Positions 28,811 to 39,319 are shown, counted from the first letter of the stretch. The stretch: DNA of 64,000 bases from an uncultured Clostridia bacterium (GCA_947053925.1 CAMRUG010000002.1:174003-238002); one strand, 5' to 3'. Numbers and translations are program-made. The notes: a model not told the origin generated them from the letters alone.

Positions 28811-31207
28811 TTACCTTAATGACGCCCCGTACTTGGCGTTAATGTTTTTTAATGCTTTTCCGGATTGCTTTTCCACATCCGAATCTTGCAATGTTTTGTT
28901 CATATCTCTAAAAACTACCGATACAGCCAGACTTTTTTTACCTGCACCTATTTGCTCTCCGCGGTAGACGTCAAACAGTTTGGCATCTTCAACAAGAGAC
29001 AGGCACAAAAATTCGTCTAATATGTCCTGCGCCGCAATATCTTCATCGCAGACAAAAGCAAAATCGCGTGTTACCGACGGGAATTTTGCAAAAGGACGGA
29101 AACGAATTTCCCCGTTTGAATTTTGCAAAGAACCGTTCTTCAAATCTATCAGTCTGTCTAGATACAATTCGGCGTACATACAGTCGCACTTAATTTCAAA
29201 ATTTTGAGCAATTTGCGGATGGATACGTCCAAAATAGCCGCAACATACCTCTCCTACCATTATGTCTGCCGACACACCCGTATGCAATACGCAACTATCC
29301 GAGCGTATCAGCTTGACTTTATCTTGCGCAAAATAATGTATTATCTGTAAAATATCCGCACGGAAATCTTCAAAACTAACATCGGTAGCACACACGGAAA
29401 TACGCGTTTGTTCATACGGTAATACCGAAAGAGGCAGTTTATCCGCCAAATATACTCTGCCTACTTCAAATAATCGTAGATTAGAATTATTGCGCGCCAA
29501 ATTGAGCGAAACGCATTGTAACATATTCGGAGCCAAATTTCTGTTCATCATAGACAAATCTTCGCCTATAGGATTTTTAATTCTAATATACGCACTATCG
29601 TTTATCGGCGAAACGCTTGCTTTTTCAAATAATTCCTTGCCGCCAAAAGAATAAAAAATACATTCGTTATAGCGCATTCCCGTCAGCAAGCTCTCAATGT
29701 CGTATATCACTTTTTCAACACAAGATTTGCCGCCGCAAGTTACCTGCGATTTTTCCAACAATGTTCCCGTTATATTGTCATAACCGTAAACTCTGATAAT
29801 TTCTTCGATAATATCACAATCACGATATATATCGTCTCTATATGGCGGAACAATACAAGTAATTTGTTTGTCTTGTATTGTTGTGCGTATATTTAACGAT
29901 TGCAAAATAGATATTATTTTTTCTTCTGGAATTTCAATTCCCAACAGATTCTTAATCTTACTTTGTTTAAAAGTTACGGTTTTGCTATCGGCAACTTTAC
30001 CGGTACTGATTCTGCCTGCAGTTACTTTACCGCACCCGAGTTGTTCGGCAAGATGCAAGGCGCGAGAAAGCCCCAAATTATTGGTATACGTCTCTATTCC
30101 CTTCTCAAAACGTGCAGAAGAATCCGATTTCAACCCGAGTCTACGGCTTGTCCTACGAACATTTAAACGGGCAAAAGACGCGGATTCAAATAAAACGCAA
30201 TTTGTACTTTCTTTTATTCCGGAATTTGCACCGCCCATAATTCCCGCAAGTCCAACAGCACGGTCATTATCGGCAATGACTAAATCATCGTTATTCAATA
30301 CATATTCTTTGCCGTCTAGCGGGATGATTTTTTCTCCGTTAGTTGCGCGGCGCACAATTATCGTTTTATCGCTGATATCGCTATAATCGAACGCGTGCAT
30401 AGGTTGCCCTATTTCATAAAGCACGTAGTTAGTAATATCCACAAGATTATTTATTCCGCGAAGTCCGACTTTGGCAAGTCTGCTTGTTAACCATATAGGA
30501 GATTTTTCGATTTTAACGTCAGTAAGTCCCTGCATATAATAGCCCTTGCATATATCAGTCGCCCGAATGGCTACTTTTACTAAACTGTCAGTTTTAATAT
30601 CCGTTTCACTGTAAGCAATATCAGGCTCTTTACAATTTTTCCCGAGAGCAACCGCTACTTCACGCGCAAGTCCTAAAACGCTGTTACAATCCTGACGGTT
30701 TGCCGTAATACTAACGTCAATTATGTAATCGTCTATACCAACCTCGCCGCGAATATCCGCTCCGACTTGCGCAGTATCTTTAAGTATCAAAACTCCGTCG
30801 GTATCCGCATTAGGATACATATCGGCAGTAATACCCAACTCATCGGCGCCGCAAAACATTCCCCAAGATTCCTCTCCGCGCATTTTCCCCTTAGTAATGT
30901 GCAGTCCGTTAGCAAGATTTGCGTTATGCAATGCCACAGGTACTTTGTCTCCGATTTTTACACGATGGTCGTTTGTAACGATAGGAATAATATTTCCGCC
31001 GATATCTACTTTACAGCAAAGCAATTTGTCGGCATTCGGATGCCGGCTGATTTCCGTGATTTTACAAACTTTAACATTAGTAACGTTCTCTCCAAGGTAG
31101 ACGACTTCCTCAATTTCCAGCCCTATATCTACCATTTTTTTACATAGCGTATCTATATCTTCTGTAATGTCTACATAATCTTTTAACCAAGAAAGAGGTA
31201 ATTTCAT
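28811..31207 (-). CDS. pheT: Phenylalanine--tRNA ligase beta subunit
   Basis: 798 aa. N-terminal tRNA-binding OB domain (MKLPLSWLKDYVD, HPNADKL), B3/4 and B5 domains, and a C-terminal anticodon-binding-like domain. Confidence 0.95.
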   Translation of the reverse strand: MKLPLSWLKDYVDITEDIDTLCKKMVDIGLEIEEVVYLGENVTNVKVCKITEISRHPNADKLLCCKVDIGGNIIPIVTNDHRVKIGDKVPVALHNANLANGLHITKGKMRGEESWGMFCGADELGITADMYPNADTDGVLILKDTAQVGADIRGEVGIDDYIIDVSITANRQDCNSVLGLAREVAVALGKNCKEPDIAYSETDIKTDSLVKVAIRATDICKGYYMQGLTDVKIEKSPIWLTSRLAKVGLRGINNLVDITNYVLYEIGQPMHAFDYSDISDKTIIVRRATNGEKIIPLDGKEYVLNNDDLVIADNDRAVGLAGIMGGANSGIKESTNCVLFESASFARLNVRRTSRRLGLKSDSSARFEKGIETYTNNLGLSRALHLAEQLGCGKVTAGRISTGKVADSKTVTFKQSKIKNLLGIEIPEEKIISILQSLNIRTTIQDKQITCIVPPYRDDIYRDCDIIEEIIRVYGYDNITGTLLEKSQVTCGGKSCVEKVIYDIESLLTGMRYNECIFYSFGGKELFEKASVSPINDSAYIRIKNPIGEDLSMMNRNLAPNMLQCVSLNLARNNSNLRLFEVGRVYLADKLPLSVLPYEQTRISVCATDVSFEDFRADILQIIHYFAQDKVKLIRSDSCVLHTGVSADIMVGEVCCGYFGRIHPQIAQNFEIKCDCMYAELYLDRLIDLKNGSLQNSNGEIRFRPFAKFPSVTRDFAFVCDEDIAAQDILDEFLCLSLVEDAKLFDVYRGEQIGAGKKSLAVSVVFRDMNKTLQDSDVEKQSGKALKNINAKYGASLR

Positions 31208-31220
31208 ATCGTCATTTCTC

Positions 31221-32237
31221 CTATTTACCGAATTGCTTTAAAAAACGTTGATCGTTTTCAAAAAACAGCCTGATATCGGGTATACCGTATTTTATCATAG
31301 CAATGCGCTCTAGCCCCATACCGAATGCGTATCCGTTGTACTTTGCGCTGTCAATTCCGCAATTTTCCAAAACTTTGGGATTGACCATTCCCGCACCCAA
31401 TACTTCTATCCAACCCGTTCCTTTACATAAAGAGCAGCCTTTTCCGCCGCAATTACTGCAAGTAAGGTCGACTTCTACGCTGGGCTCGGTAAAGGGGAAG
31501 AATGAGGGACGGAAACGTACCTTGGTATCCTTTCCGAACAAGTGCGAAGCAATGTACTCTAACGTTCCTTTTAAATCTCTTAGCGTTACTTTTTTATCCA
31601 CAACCAAACCTTCTATTTGATGGAATACGGGCGAATGAGAGGCGTCGCTGTCCGAACGGAATACTTTACCGGGGCACACCATTTTAATCGGAGGTTTTTT
31701 ATTTTCCATATACCTTGCCTGCATAGAAGAAGTTTGAGTACGCAACAATATGCCGTCTGCCAAATAAAACGTATCTTGCATATCCCGTGCAGGGTGATCA
31801 TAAGGAATATTCAGCGCCTGAAAGTTGTAATAATCCGTTTCTATTTCCGGTCCGTTCAACACTTCAAACCCCATAGCAATCAAAAGATCGCATATTTCGT
31901 TTTTTACCAATGTAACCGGATGCAAAGCGCCCCAGGGCTTCATTTCGCACAGACTGATATCTATCTTCTCGTTTTTAAGACTCAGTTCCATTTCCTGACG
32001 CTTTAATTGCGTCAATTTTTCGGAAAAAGTACTTTCCATTACATTTCTGAGTTCGTTTACTTTTGCTCCGAATGTCGGCCGCTCTTCGGGCGGCAAATCT
32101 CTTATTCCTTTAAGAAGCGCTGTAAGTTCCCCCGTCTTACCCAAATACTTAACTTTCAAATCTTGTATTACTGCTACAGAAGTGCAACTTGATATTTCAC
32201 GTTCGAATGTAGCTTTAATTTCCGCTATTGTGCTCAT
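31221..32237 (-). CDS. pheS: Phenylalanine--tRNA ligase alpha subunit
   Basis: Class II aaRS motifs (HPARDMQDTFY, FRPSFFPFTEPS, GMGLERIAM). The ATG at 32237 sits behind AAAGGAGAA. The track start at 32267 lies inside the leader terminator. Confidence 0.95.
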   Translation of the reverse strand: MSTIAEIKATFEREISSCTSVAVIQDLKVKYLGKTGELTALLKGIRDLPPEERPTFGAKVNELRNVMESTFSEKLTQLKRQEMELSLKNEKIDISLCEMKPWGALHPVTLVKNEICDLLIAMGFEVLNGPEIETDYYNFQALNIPYDHPARDMQDTFYLADGILLRTQTSSMQARYMENKKPPIKMVCPGKVFRSDSDASHSPVFHQIEGLVVDKKVTLRDLKGTLEYIASHLFGKDTKVRFRPSFFPFTEPSVEVDLTCSNCGGKGCSLCKGTGWIEVLGAGMVNPKVLENCGIDSAKYNGYAFGMGLERIAMIKYGIPDIRLFFENDQRFLKQFGK

Positions 32238-32254
32238 AGTTTCTCCTTTAAAAT

Positions 32255-32538
32255 AATAAAGCCCCAAGTCGACAAAGCAACTTAGGACGATAATCTACCG
32301 TGGTACCACCTAATTTTAAAAAACCAAAAAGTTTTTTCTCTAAGTCGATAACGGAACCACCCGCAAGCAACTACTCTGTTTTTCATTGCCCGAACTCAGA
32401 AGGGAATATCTTTTTACGCAAAGGCAAGACTCTCACCGTCTCTTGCTCGCTCAACCATTGTCAGCCGTAAACTCTTTATCTTCGTCAGTGTCTTTGTAAC
32501 TTGCAATACAGTCTTTAAATCTACAAGTTTGTTAATTT
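32255..32538 (-). promoter_or_regulatory. T-box riboswitch leader (Phe) of pheST
   Basis: The minus-strand RNA contains AGAGA and AGAGUA boxes and the F-box CCGUUA. The T-box antiterminator core is AAAUUAGGUGGUACCACGG (plus-strand 32298..32310). A terminator CCUAAGU/ACUUGGG with a U-rich tail follows. UUC triplets occur in the predicted specifier region. Confidence 0.85.
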
Positions 32539-32544
32539 ATATTT

Positions 32545-32573
32545 ATTATATCAAATATTATCAACATTGACAA
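32545..32573 (-). promoter_or_regulatory. Sigma-A type promoter of the pheST T-box leader
   Basis: The minus strand reads TTGTCA - 17 nt - TATAAT. Confidence 0.7.
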
Positions 32574-32593
32574 CAGTTTTAATCAAAGAGATT

Positions 32594-33283
32594 TTATATA
32601 TTAGAATTAGTTAATAACAAACCTCCCTGTAAATATGTTTGAGGTACCTTTCCTACAATTAAACTTTCACACAGCAAAATCGGCGTAGAACAATCGATTG
32701 TGGCGTGCATAGAGGGCATAACCAAATCTACTTTACTGTTAACGTTAATATACACTCGATGCAATGTTTGGTTTATACCGGCGGTTTCAAAAGTAGAGGT
32801 AAAAGTACAATTTACAGTGCCGATAGGAGTTACTACGATATTGACGTTAGGACCTTTTTCGGACAACAACGGTATTCCTGACAACGTACCTAGAGGTATT
32901 TGAACGTCTAGAGATTTAAGCCTGTTAATTTTGTCTTGAGAGAGAATTGCAGTATCACGGGCCAGCGTGTTTATTTTAGAACTATTTGCGGTAATGAGCG
33001 TTATTTCGTTATCGCTGTTTTTCTCTATCGTTACCAAATCGGAATAGTTGATATTTCCGCCTAAACTCAGCACTACAGCCTCGTTTACGGCGCGCGCCGT
33101 TTCGGATTTTAGGCGGTTTTCGGCTATATTAAGGATAGTCGGGGTCATTGATTTCCAGTAAATCCAACCGCCTAAAGCAATCGCTAAAATTATTACAGAC
33201 AGAATAATAAGCACAAAAATGCGCAAAATTTTACGCTTCTTTTTGTGCTTAACACCGCTGTTTACCAATGTATAATTAGCCAT
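32594..33283 (-). CDS. yunB: Sporulation protein YunB
   Basis: N-terminal TM helix, then YunB-typical blocks (IPLGTLSGIPLLSEKGPNVNIVVTPIGTV, GINQTLHRVYINVNSKV, LIVGKVPQTY). Confidence 0.8.
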   Translation of the reverse strand: MANYTLVNSGVKHKKKRKILRIFVLIILSVIILAIALGGWIYWKSMTPTILNIAENRLKSETARAVNEAVVLSLGGNINYSDLVTIEKNSDNEITLITANSSKINTLARDTAILSQDKINRLKSLDVQIPLGTLSGIPLLSEKGPNVNIVVTPIGTVNCTFTSTFETAGINQTLHRVYINVNSKVDLVMPSMHATIDCSTPILLCESLIVGKVPQTYLQGGLLLTNSNI

Positions 33284-33332
33284 AACCCACCTTATGTCTC
33301 ATTATATTCGAGTTATGGCGCGATTGTTACAT

Positions 33333-33704
33333 TTATTTCTTTTTTGTACGTGGTTTAAATATTACCGCAACTAAATAACCTGATACTATCGCAACCGATA
33401 TTCCCGTAGCGCAAGCCGCAAGCCCGCCCTTTAAAGCCCCGTAAATACCTTCCGCTTTGGCGGCTTTGACGGCTCCTTTAACAAGAGCGCTGCCGAATCC
33501 CGATATGGGTATACTTGCACCGGCGCCGGCAAATTCTATCAGCTTACTGTACAGACCGAAACCCTCCAGAACGGCTCCTGCAATTAAAAATAGTACCAAA
33601 ATTTTACCGTTAGTTAAATGGGTATAATTTATGATTATCTGCCCTATAAGACATATTGCTCCGCCTACCACAAATGCTTTTACAAACATTAAAAAAACTT
33701 CCAT
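33333..33704 (-). CDS. spoVAE: Stage V sporulation protein AE (SpoVAC/SpoVAEB family)
   Basis: The small 4-TM protein FVKAFVVGGAICLIGQ...GAGASIPISGFG is the third gene after spoVAC and spoVAD. The ATG at 33704 forms a TAATG overlap with the spoVAD stop. Alternative starts are at 33713 (TTG) and 33689. Confidence 0.85.
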   Translation of the reverse strand: MEVFLMFVKAFVVGGAICLIGQIIINYTHLTNGKILVLFLIAGAVLEGFGLYSKLIEFAGAGASIPISGFGSALVKGAVKAAKAEGIYGALKGGLAACATGISVAIVSGYLVAVIFKPRTKKK

Positions 33705-34705
33705 TAAATACAAACCTCCGCAAGATGAGTTATAGCAGGAATACTGTCTCCTTGAAAAGACGTTGTAGGACTCATTAACGCTCCTGTACCGGCAATAAGA
33801 ATTTTTTTATAAGCACCGCTACGCAGTCTGCTAAGTAATACACTGTTAAATACCAAAGCCGAACAAGCCGCTCCGCTGCCGCCTTGGTATGTTTGTTGCT
33901 CATCCCAATATAACGATGCACCGCAGTCATGCTGTTGCTTAGATATATCGTATCCCTCTTGCCGTGTTAAATCGAGTAAAATATCCGAGCCTAATTTACC
34001 TAAATCGCCCGTAAATATAGCGTCGTAATCTTCGGGTACAGTATTAGTGTCTTTAAAAAATCTCACAAGCGTATCACAAGCCGACGGAGCCATTGCTGCA
34101 CCCATATTGTTTGCGTCCATAATGCCGTAGTCTACTACTCTTCCGATTGTGGCCCTTGTAACGCGCGGTACAGGCGTTTCCGAAGCGGACGACAAAACAC
34201 TCGCGCCTACACCCGTTGCCGTCCACTGAGTAACGGGCGAGCGTAATACGCCCAATTCTAACGGGTAACGGTATTGTCTTTCGGCAGTAGAAAAATGACT
34301 TCCTGCGGCGCATACGACATTTTCAAATCCGTTGGATATCAAACAAGAGCCTACAATTAAACTCTCTACAAACGTAGCACAGGCATTGTATAACCCTAAA
34401 AACCCCGCGTGCTGTTTACGTGCGGCAAATGACATAGAAACAATTTGGTTAAGCAAATCTCCACCGACAACGGCGTCGATTTCCATTGTTGTAAGATTTG
34501 CTTTTGCAATGGCGCCGTCAATGGCGTGTTCAAACATTTTGCGCTCTGCGCGCTCAAATGTTTTCTGCCCAAACATATCGTCTTCAAGCGCTATGTCGAA
34601 GAAACCCTTGTACCTACCGTCGTTTTCCTTCGGACCCGCAACGGTATATCCTTCTATTATGTTAGCATTAGTAAAAGTCAGCGTTCTGCTTTTATAGCAT
34701 TCCAT
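33704..34705 (-). CDS. spoVAD: Stage V sporulation protein AD (thiolase-like fold)
   Basis: 333 aa with a beta-ketoacyl-synthase-like pattern (NACATFVESL, GTGALMSPT). It sits between spoVAC and spoVAE. Confidence 0.9.
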   Translation of the reverse strand: MECYKSRTLTFTNANIIEGYTVAGPKENDGRYKGFFDIALEDDMFGQKTFERAERKMFEHAIDGAIAKANLTTMEIDAVVGGDLLNQIVSMSFAARKQHAGFLGLYNACATFVESLIVGSCLISNGFENVVCAAGSHFSTAERQYRYPLELGVLRSPVTQWTATGVGASVLSSASETPVPRVTRATIGRVVDYGIMDANNMGAAMAPSACDTLVRFFKDTNTVPEDYDAIFTGDLGKLGSDILLDLTRQEGYDISKQQHDCGASLYWDEQQTYQGGSGAACSALVFNSVLLSRLRSGAYKKILIAGTGALMSPTTSFQGDSIPAITHLAEVCI

Positions 34706-34707
34706 TT

Positions 34708-35169
34708 TTAACCTCCGAAAGCCAAGGTCAGCAATGCAATAATAACCGAAATAGTTACGCCGTTTACAATGACAGGACCTGCAACCAAAAACATTTTTGC
34801 TCCTACTCCGTAAATATAGCCCTCTGCTCTAAACTCCAAAGCAGGAGAAACTACTGCATTAGAGAACCCGGTAATGGGGATAGTAGAACCTGCGCCCGCA
34901 AACCGTCCTATGTTGTCGTATACGCCTAAACCTGTAAGAATTGCGGCGATCAACACCATTGTTCCCGAAGCAAGCACTGCCGCGTCCTCAATAGAAAACC
35001 ACAATTTGTATAATTCGATAAAAGCTTGCCCTATTACGCATATTACGCCGCCGATTAAAAATGCCCAAAACATATTTTTCCAATGCGAACTTTTAGGCAT
35101 TTTTTCAAATACATACGATTTGTAATTATCTTTAGAAATTACATTATTCTCGGTAATGCTCTTGTCCAT
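34708..35169 (-). CDS. spoVAC: Stage V sporulation protein AC
   Basis: Blocks WKNMFWAFLIGGVICVIGQ and GAGSTIPITGFSN. Start MDKS at 35169 sits behind AAAGGAAG; the longer track start is rejected. Confidence 0.88.
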   Translation of the reverse strand: MDKSITENNVISKDNYKSYVFEKMPKSSHWKNMFWAFLIGGVICVIGQAFIELYKLWFSIEDAAVLASGTMVLIAAILTGLGVYDNIGRFAGAGSTIPITGFSNAVVSPALEFRAEGYIYGVGAKMFLVAGPVIVNGVTISVIIALLTLAFGG

Positions 35170-35616
35170 AATTTTACTTCCTTTTTGTTTCGTCAAACAT
35201 ATTTTCACGGTCAAACTGCTTTGGCAAAAAAGTCTCTTTTTCGTCGGCATTAGCACCGTATTTTTTAGGCAATGGCAGTTTCATAGCTATATTTTTGACC
35301 AGGAAAATGATAATTATTCCATTTAAAAAGAAAAAAATGATTACGCAAAATATGCTTGCCGCATATTTAAAAATACACAATTTGCTTTATCGGCATATTA
35401 AAATTCGATGAAATATTGCATAATTATAATATTATGAATAACATAGTAATTGATAAAATTAAAATTTCAATAATAATTATTAAATAAATAAGATATATTG
35501 AAATAAAAGTCAAAATAAGTGGATCAGAAAGCAACAAAAGTGCAGTTGAAATATTATTTAACAATGCTACAAAAAAAGGCGCAAGATCTTACACTTGCAC
35601 CTTCTGCAATTTAATT

Positions 35617-36243
35617 TTATTCAACTTTCGCGACTGCTTCACCTGCTAAAAACTCTGGAACCTCCTCAACTTTGTCAAACATCGGCTTTTCTACTGTTGT
35701 TACCGAAGTATCGGCAACAGAAATTTCTTGTAGTTTTTGCAGTAAGCTTTCGTAATCAGGCAAATCGGTTACATCGCTTATAGAAAACCGTTTCAAAAAG
35801 TCATCCGTAGTCGCAAACAATAACGGTTTTCCTATGGTATCTTTGCGCCCTACGCACTCAACAAGCCCCAAACGAACAAGGTTCTGCACAGAATATGTAC
35901 AGTCTACCGAACGTATTTCTTCTACTTCTATACGGGTTACAGGCTGTTTGTATGCAATAATTGCAAGCGTTTCCAGCATTGCATTTGTCAACTCACGCTC
36001 TTTTATCGGATTCAATACCGCTTCTATGCGCCCCGAATAGTCGGGATTAGAAGCAAACTGCAATTTTTTATTAAAGCGCAGTAAATGTATTCCGCTTTCG
36101 CCGCTATATTTGTTTTCCAATTCGGCAAGAGCCTGTTTAAAATCTTTTGTCTCTGCGCCTAGTTTTTCCTTTATAAAAGATTCTTCGATTTCCTTGCCTG
36201 ACACAAAAAGTATCGCTTCAATTTCATTACTCAAACGACTCAT
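35617..36243 (-). CDS. scpB: Segregation and condensation protein B
   Basis: Blocks IEAILFVSGKEI, LETLAIIAYKQPVTRIEVEEIR, LGLVECVGRKDTIGKPLLFATT. Confidence 0.92.
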   Translation of the reverse strand: MSRLSNEIEAILFVSGKEIEESFIKEKLGAETKDFKQALAELENKYSGESGIHLLRFNKKLQFASNPDYSGRIEAVLNPIKERELTNAMLETLAIIAYKQPVTRIEVEEIRSVDCTYSVQNLVRLGLVECVGRKDTIGKPLLFATTDDFLKRFSISDVTDLPDYESLLQKLQEISVADTSVTTVEKPMFDKVEEVPEFLAGEAVAKVE

Positions 36244-37036
36244 AATCGTCCTCCACTACTATCTCGATTTTTTCACTGTCGGGACGTTTTTCGATATAGA
36301 TTTCCTCAAATAAACTGGCTTGATTCACTTTGATAATTTGCAATTTTAGCAATTCCAATACTGCTAAAAAAGTCGTAACGATTTCGTTTCGGCTGGCGTC
36401 TTCTTCAAACAACTCAACAAAACGGAATTTGTCTTCAACAAGCAAAATTTCCCGTATATAGGACATTTTCTGCGGAACGGAAAAACTCTCTTTCGTTATA
36501 GCGCGCGAAACGTTTTCGGCTTGAGTTTTTACCTGCAGTTTCATAAGGAACTTCTGAAATGCCTGCATAAAACCATCTACGCTGAGATTGTCTTTTACAA
36601 CAGTTACCTCTTTTCCAACGTTCTTATCCGGTTCTCGGTAAAATCTGTCAACGTTTTCCTGTTCTTTCAATTCCGACACAATCTCTTTAAACAGTTTATA
36701 TTCTTCAAGTTGTCTTATAAGTACTTTTTCGGGCGATTCTTCGTCCTCTTCCAAACCGGGCAAAACAGGCAATAATGCACGGGATTTAATTTCCAGTAAA
36801 GTTGCAGACATTGTCATATACTCGCTTGCCTGATCAACGTCAAGTTCGGACAACTGCGACATATACTGCAAAAACTGCTCAGTAACCTGCGAAACGAATA
36901 TATCTTTAATTTCGATTTTGTTCTCTTTAACAAGTGCAAGCAACAAATCTAACGGGCCCGAAAAATTAGTCAGTTTCAATTCCAAAACCGACTTATTCTC
37001 GTCAAATATATACTCCTGTTGATATTCTTCTGCCAT
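36227..37036 (-). CDS. scpA: Segregation and condensation protein A (kleisin)
   Basis: Blocks FSGPLDLLLALVKENKIEIKDI and ATLLEIKSRALLP. The ATG at 37036 forms a TAATG overlap with the upstream M50 gene stop. Confidence 0.9.
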   Translation of the reverse strand: MAEEYQQEYIFDENKSVLELKLTNFSGPLDLLLALVKENKIEIKDIFVSQVTEQFLQYMSQLSELDVDQASEYMTMSATLLEIKSRALLPVLPGLEEDEESPEKVLIRQLEEYKLFKEIVSELKEQENVDRFYREPDKNVGKEVTVVKDNLSVDGFMQAFQKFLMKLQVKTQAENVSRAITKESFSVPQKMSYIREILLVEDKFRFVELFEEDASRNEIVTTFLAVLELLKLQIIKVNQASLFEEIYIEKRPDSEKIEIVVEDDYESFE

Positions 37037-37743
37037 TAAAATATCAGCCCCCAAAACAAAATGAAACCTTCTCTGATTAAACCGCCGAATGTTCCTATAT
37101 AAAGATTAAGCGGAGAAAATGCAGATATAATAGGGATATAATCCAAAACTATAAACCCTAGCATAATATACAAACTATATCTGCGCATAAAGGTCATAAA
37201 TTTGTTATTTTCGTTAACAAAACAGCTAATCAATCTATAACCGTCCAACGGGAAAAGCGGTAAAATGTTAAACAATGCAAACGATATATTCAACTGAGTG
37301 GCATACAATGATAGCGAACGGCAAAAATGGATAAAATAATCCATTGATTGATTTGTTATTGCAACTTTGCCGAACAACACAAAGAACATAGAGAATATAA
37401 ACGCCAACAATATGTTTGTAAGTATTCCGGCAATAGAAACAGTAATAGACCCGACTTTACGGTTTTTAAAATTATTCGGATTGATAGGAACAGGCTTTGC
37501 CCAACCAAATCCGACAAGCAGCATCATTATCAATCCCACTATATCGAAATGACGTAACGGATTCAAACTCAATCTGCCGTAAAGTTTTGCAGTTGCGTCT
37601 CCGTTCCACAATGCAACAAGTCCGTGTGCGATTTCGTGCAAAACAAGCGCGGTAAGTATAGCCAGAATAAACGCAATTAAATTTAACAGCGAGTATCTGG
37701 TTATTCCTTCTCCGTAATTTGTCAAAATCTGATACAGTCCCAT
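37036..37743 (-). CDS. Site-2 protease family (peptidase M50) membrane metalloprotease
   Basis: HEIAHGLVA (HExxH) in a TM helix and NILPLFPLDG (the second M50 motif). Multi-pass membrane protein. Confidence 0.85.
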   Translation of the reverse strand: MGLYQILTNYGEGITRYSLLNLIAFILAILTALVLHEIAHGLVALWNGDATAKLYGRLSLNPLRHFDIVGLIMMLLVGFGWAKPVPINPNNFKNRKVGSITVSIAGILTNILLAFIFSMFFVLFGKVAITNQSMDYFIHFCRSLSLYATQLNISFALFNILPLFPLDGYRLISCFVNENNKFMTFMRRYSLYIMLGFIVLDYIPIISAFSPLNLYIGTFGGLIREGFILFWGLIF

Positions 37744-37870
37744 ATTAGTTTATTGTAGCAAAATCAGGTGATAAAGTCAATTATTTTAAATACCTATGCC
37801 GCAAGATAAAGGCTTGCGCTCTTAAATCGTTTTCAACGTTTTTAAACATTATTTTACCCTACCGATTTAT

Positions 37871-37906
37871 AATAACAAAGAAAACGCCCTTATTTTGAGC
37901 GTGTTC
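37871..37906 (-). terminator. Terminator after the D-Ala-D-Ala carboxypeptidase gene
   Basis: Minus strand: GAACACGCUC - AAAAUAA - GGGCGUUUUC followed by UUUGUUAUU. Confidence 0.55.
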
Positions 37907-37959
37907 TTCCAGTAAATATATAGATTAGGTGTTTTAAACAGATTTGTCAGACAATTTCA

Positions 37960-39102
37960 TTAGTTATTTGTAGCAATGTCTTTTATATAATCCCAGTAAG
38001 TTTTAGCATCTACATTGCTTTGTACCGCAACAGACACTTCTTTAACAACTGCGCCGCTACTGTCTAACAACTTCGCCTTTCCTACGATATCCCCCTGTTT
38101 TACGGGAGCTTTAACCTTAGCGTCGATTTCATATTCTACCGTATAGTCAACGCTTCCTTTGCTGCCGAATGCAACAAGTTTGTCCGTAGCCGCTATTTGC
38201 GCTGTCTTTTCCTTTCCGCCGACTACTTCTATTTCGCCGATATTACTGTGTTTATCTACGTAAACTTTACTTTCGTAATTGGCAAAAGCATAGTTAAACA
38301 TTTTAGATACTTCGTTAAAACGCGTCTTGCTGTCGGGCGCGCCTACTACAACCGCTATGATACGCGTATCTCCGCGCTTAGCCGTAGCAGACAAACAATG
38401 CTGCGCTTCGCTTGTATAACCCGTCTTACCGCCGTCGCAACCGTCATAAAAACGTATCAACTTGTTCGTATTGGTCATTCCCGTAACTCTTCCGGACGGG
38501 TGAACAAAGTCTTCCATCCAAATGCGCGAGCAAGTAAAGTAATGTTGGTGCTTTATCAAATTTGCAAACATAATGGCAACGTCTTTGGCGCAAGAGAATT
38601 GACTTACGGCAGGCAGCCCGGTACAATTTTCAAAGTGAGTAGCAACAAGCCCTAATTCTTTTGCTTTGGCATTCATTCCCTCAACAAAGTTTTCTACGCT
38701 TCCGCTAACGTGCTCCGCCACTGCAACACAACTGTCGTTTGCCGAGCAAACCACAATCGATTTGATAAGATTTTCCAACTTATACGAAGCGTTTGCATCC
38801 AGAAAAACTTGTGAACCGCCCATAGACGCCGCCCTGCTGCTTGCTATTACATTGTCTTCAAGCGTAACTTTACCGTTGTCGATAGCGTCGTAGACGCATA
38901 GCAAAGTCATAATTTTTGTCATACTGGCAATCGGACGTTTTTCCGTCGCATTGCTTTCGTAAATTATTTGACCGTCTTCAGACATCAATATCGCTTCGCG
39001 CGAAGTCGTTACAATAGTATTTTCTGCGCAAGCGGTAATAGGTACTAGAACGGCAGTTATAATTGCAATAAACAAAAATACTCCCAGTAACTTTCTAGTC
39101 AT
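37960..39102 (-). CDS. D-alanyl-D-alanine carboxypeptidase (S11, PBP5-type; dacB/dacF-like)
   Basis: Signal peptide. SxxK (ASMTKIMT), SxN (CSANDS) and KTG (GGKTGYT) motifs. C-terminal beta-sandwich domain. Confidence 0.9.
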   Translation of the reverse strand: MTRKLLGVFLFIAIITAVLVPITACAENTIVTTSREAILMSEDGQIIYESNATEKRPIASMTKIMTLLCVYDAIDNGKVTLEDNVIASSRAASMGGSQVFLDANASYKLENLIKSIVVCSANDSCVAVAEHVSGSVENFVEGMNAKAKELGLVATHFENCTGLPAVSQFSCAKDVAIMFANLIKHQHYFTCSRIWMEDFVHPSGRVTGMTNTNKLIRFYDGCDGGKTGYTSEAQHCLSATAKRGDTRIIAVVVGAPDSKTRFNEVSKMFNYAFANYESKVYVDKHSNIGEIEVVGGKEKTAQIAATDKLVAFGSKGSVDYTVEYEIDAKVKAPVKQGDIVGKAKLLDSSGAVVKEVSVAVQSNVDAKTYWDYIKDIATNN

Positions 39103-39319
39103 ATATCTCTCCTTAGTTGTTTTACTTTAGCATTTGCAAAATAAGAGAAAATATACATAAGCACTACTTTCATACAATCTTCTATACTGTTAGGAATATC
39201 TGCTATTGTATCTAATTGTTTCGTCCGCAAAAGAATGCAGAAATATGCAAGAAGCGTAATTAAATTATATTGCAAATGAAAAAACTCGACAAAGAATTTG
39301 AAAAACATAAAAATATTTA

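Noticed and set aside
29868-30386. Long antisense ORFs inside large genes (for example 172 aa within pheT, 146 aa at 17571..18011, 152 aa at 38197..38655, 145 aa at 24525..24962).
   Set aside because: They are entirely nested antisense to well-supported conserved genes. Their composition is low-complexity or Ser/Leu-rich, as is typical of shadow ORFs.
35174-35380. A 68-aa track ORF (or its 36-aa MKLPLPKK... sub-ORF) just upstream of spoVAC.
   Set aside because: There is no recognisable RBS or family, and it overlaps the spoVAC start region. It is probably the spoVAC leader or promoter region. The sigma-F/G-like match (GTATT-N17-CATATTT) is weak.
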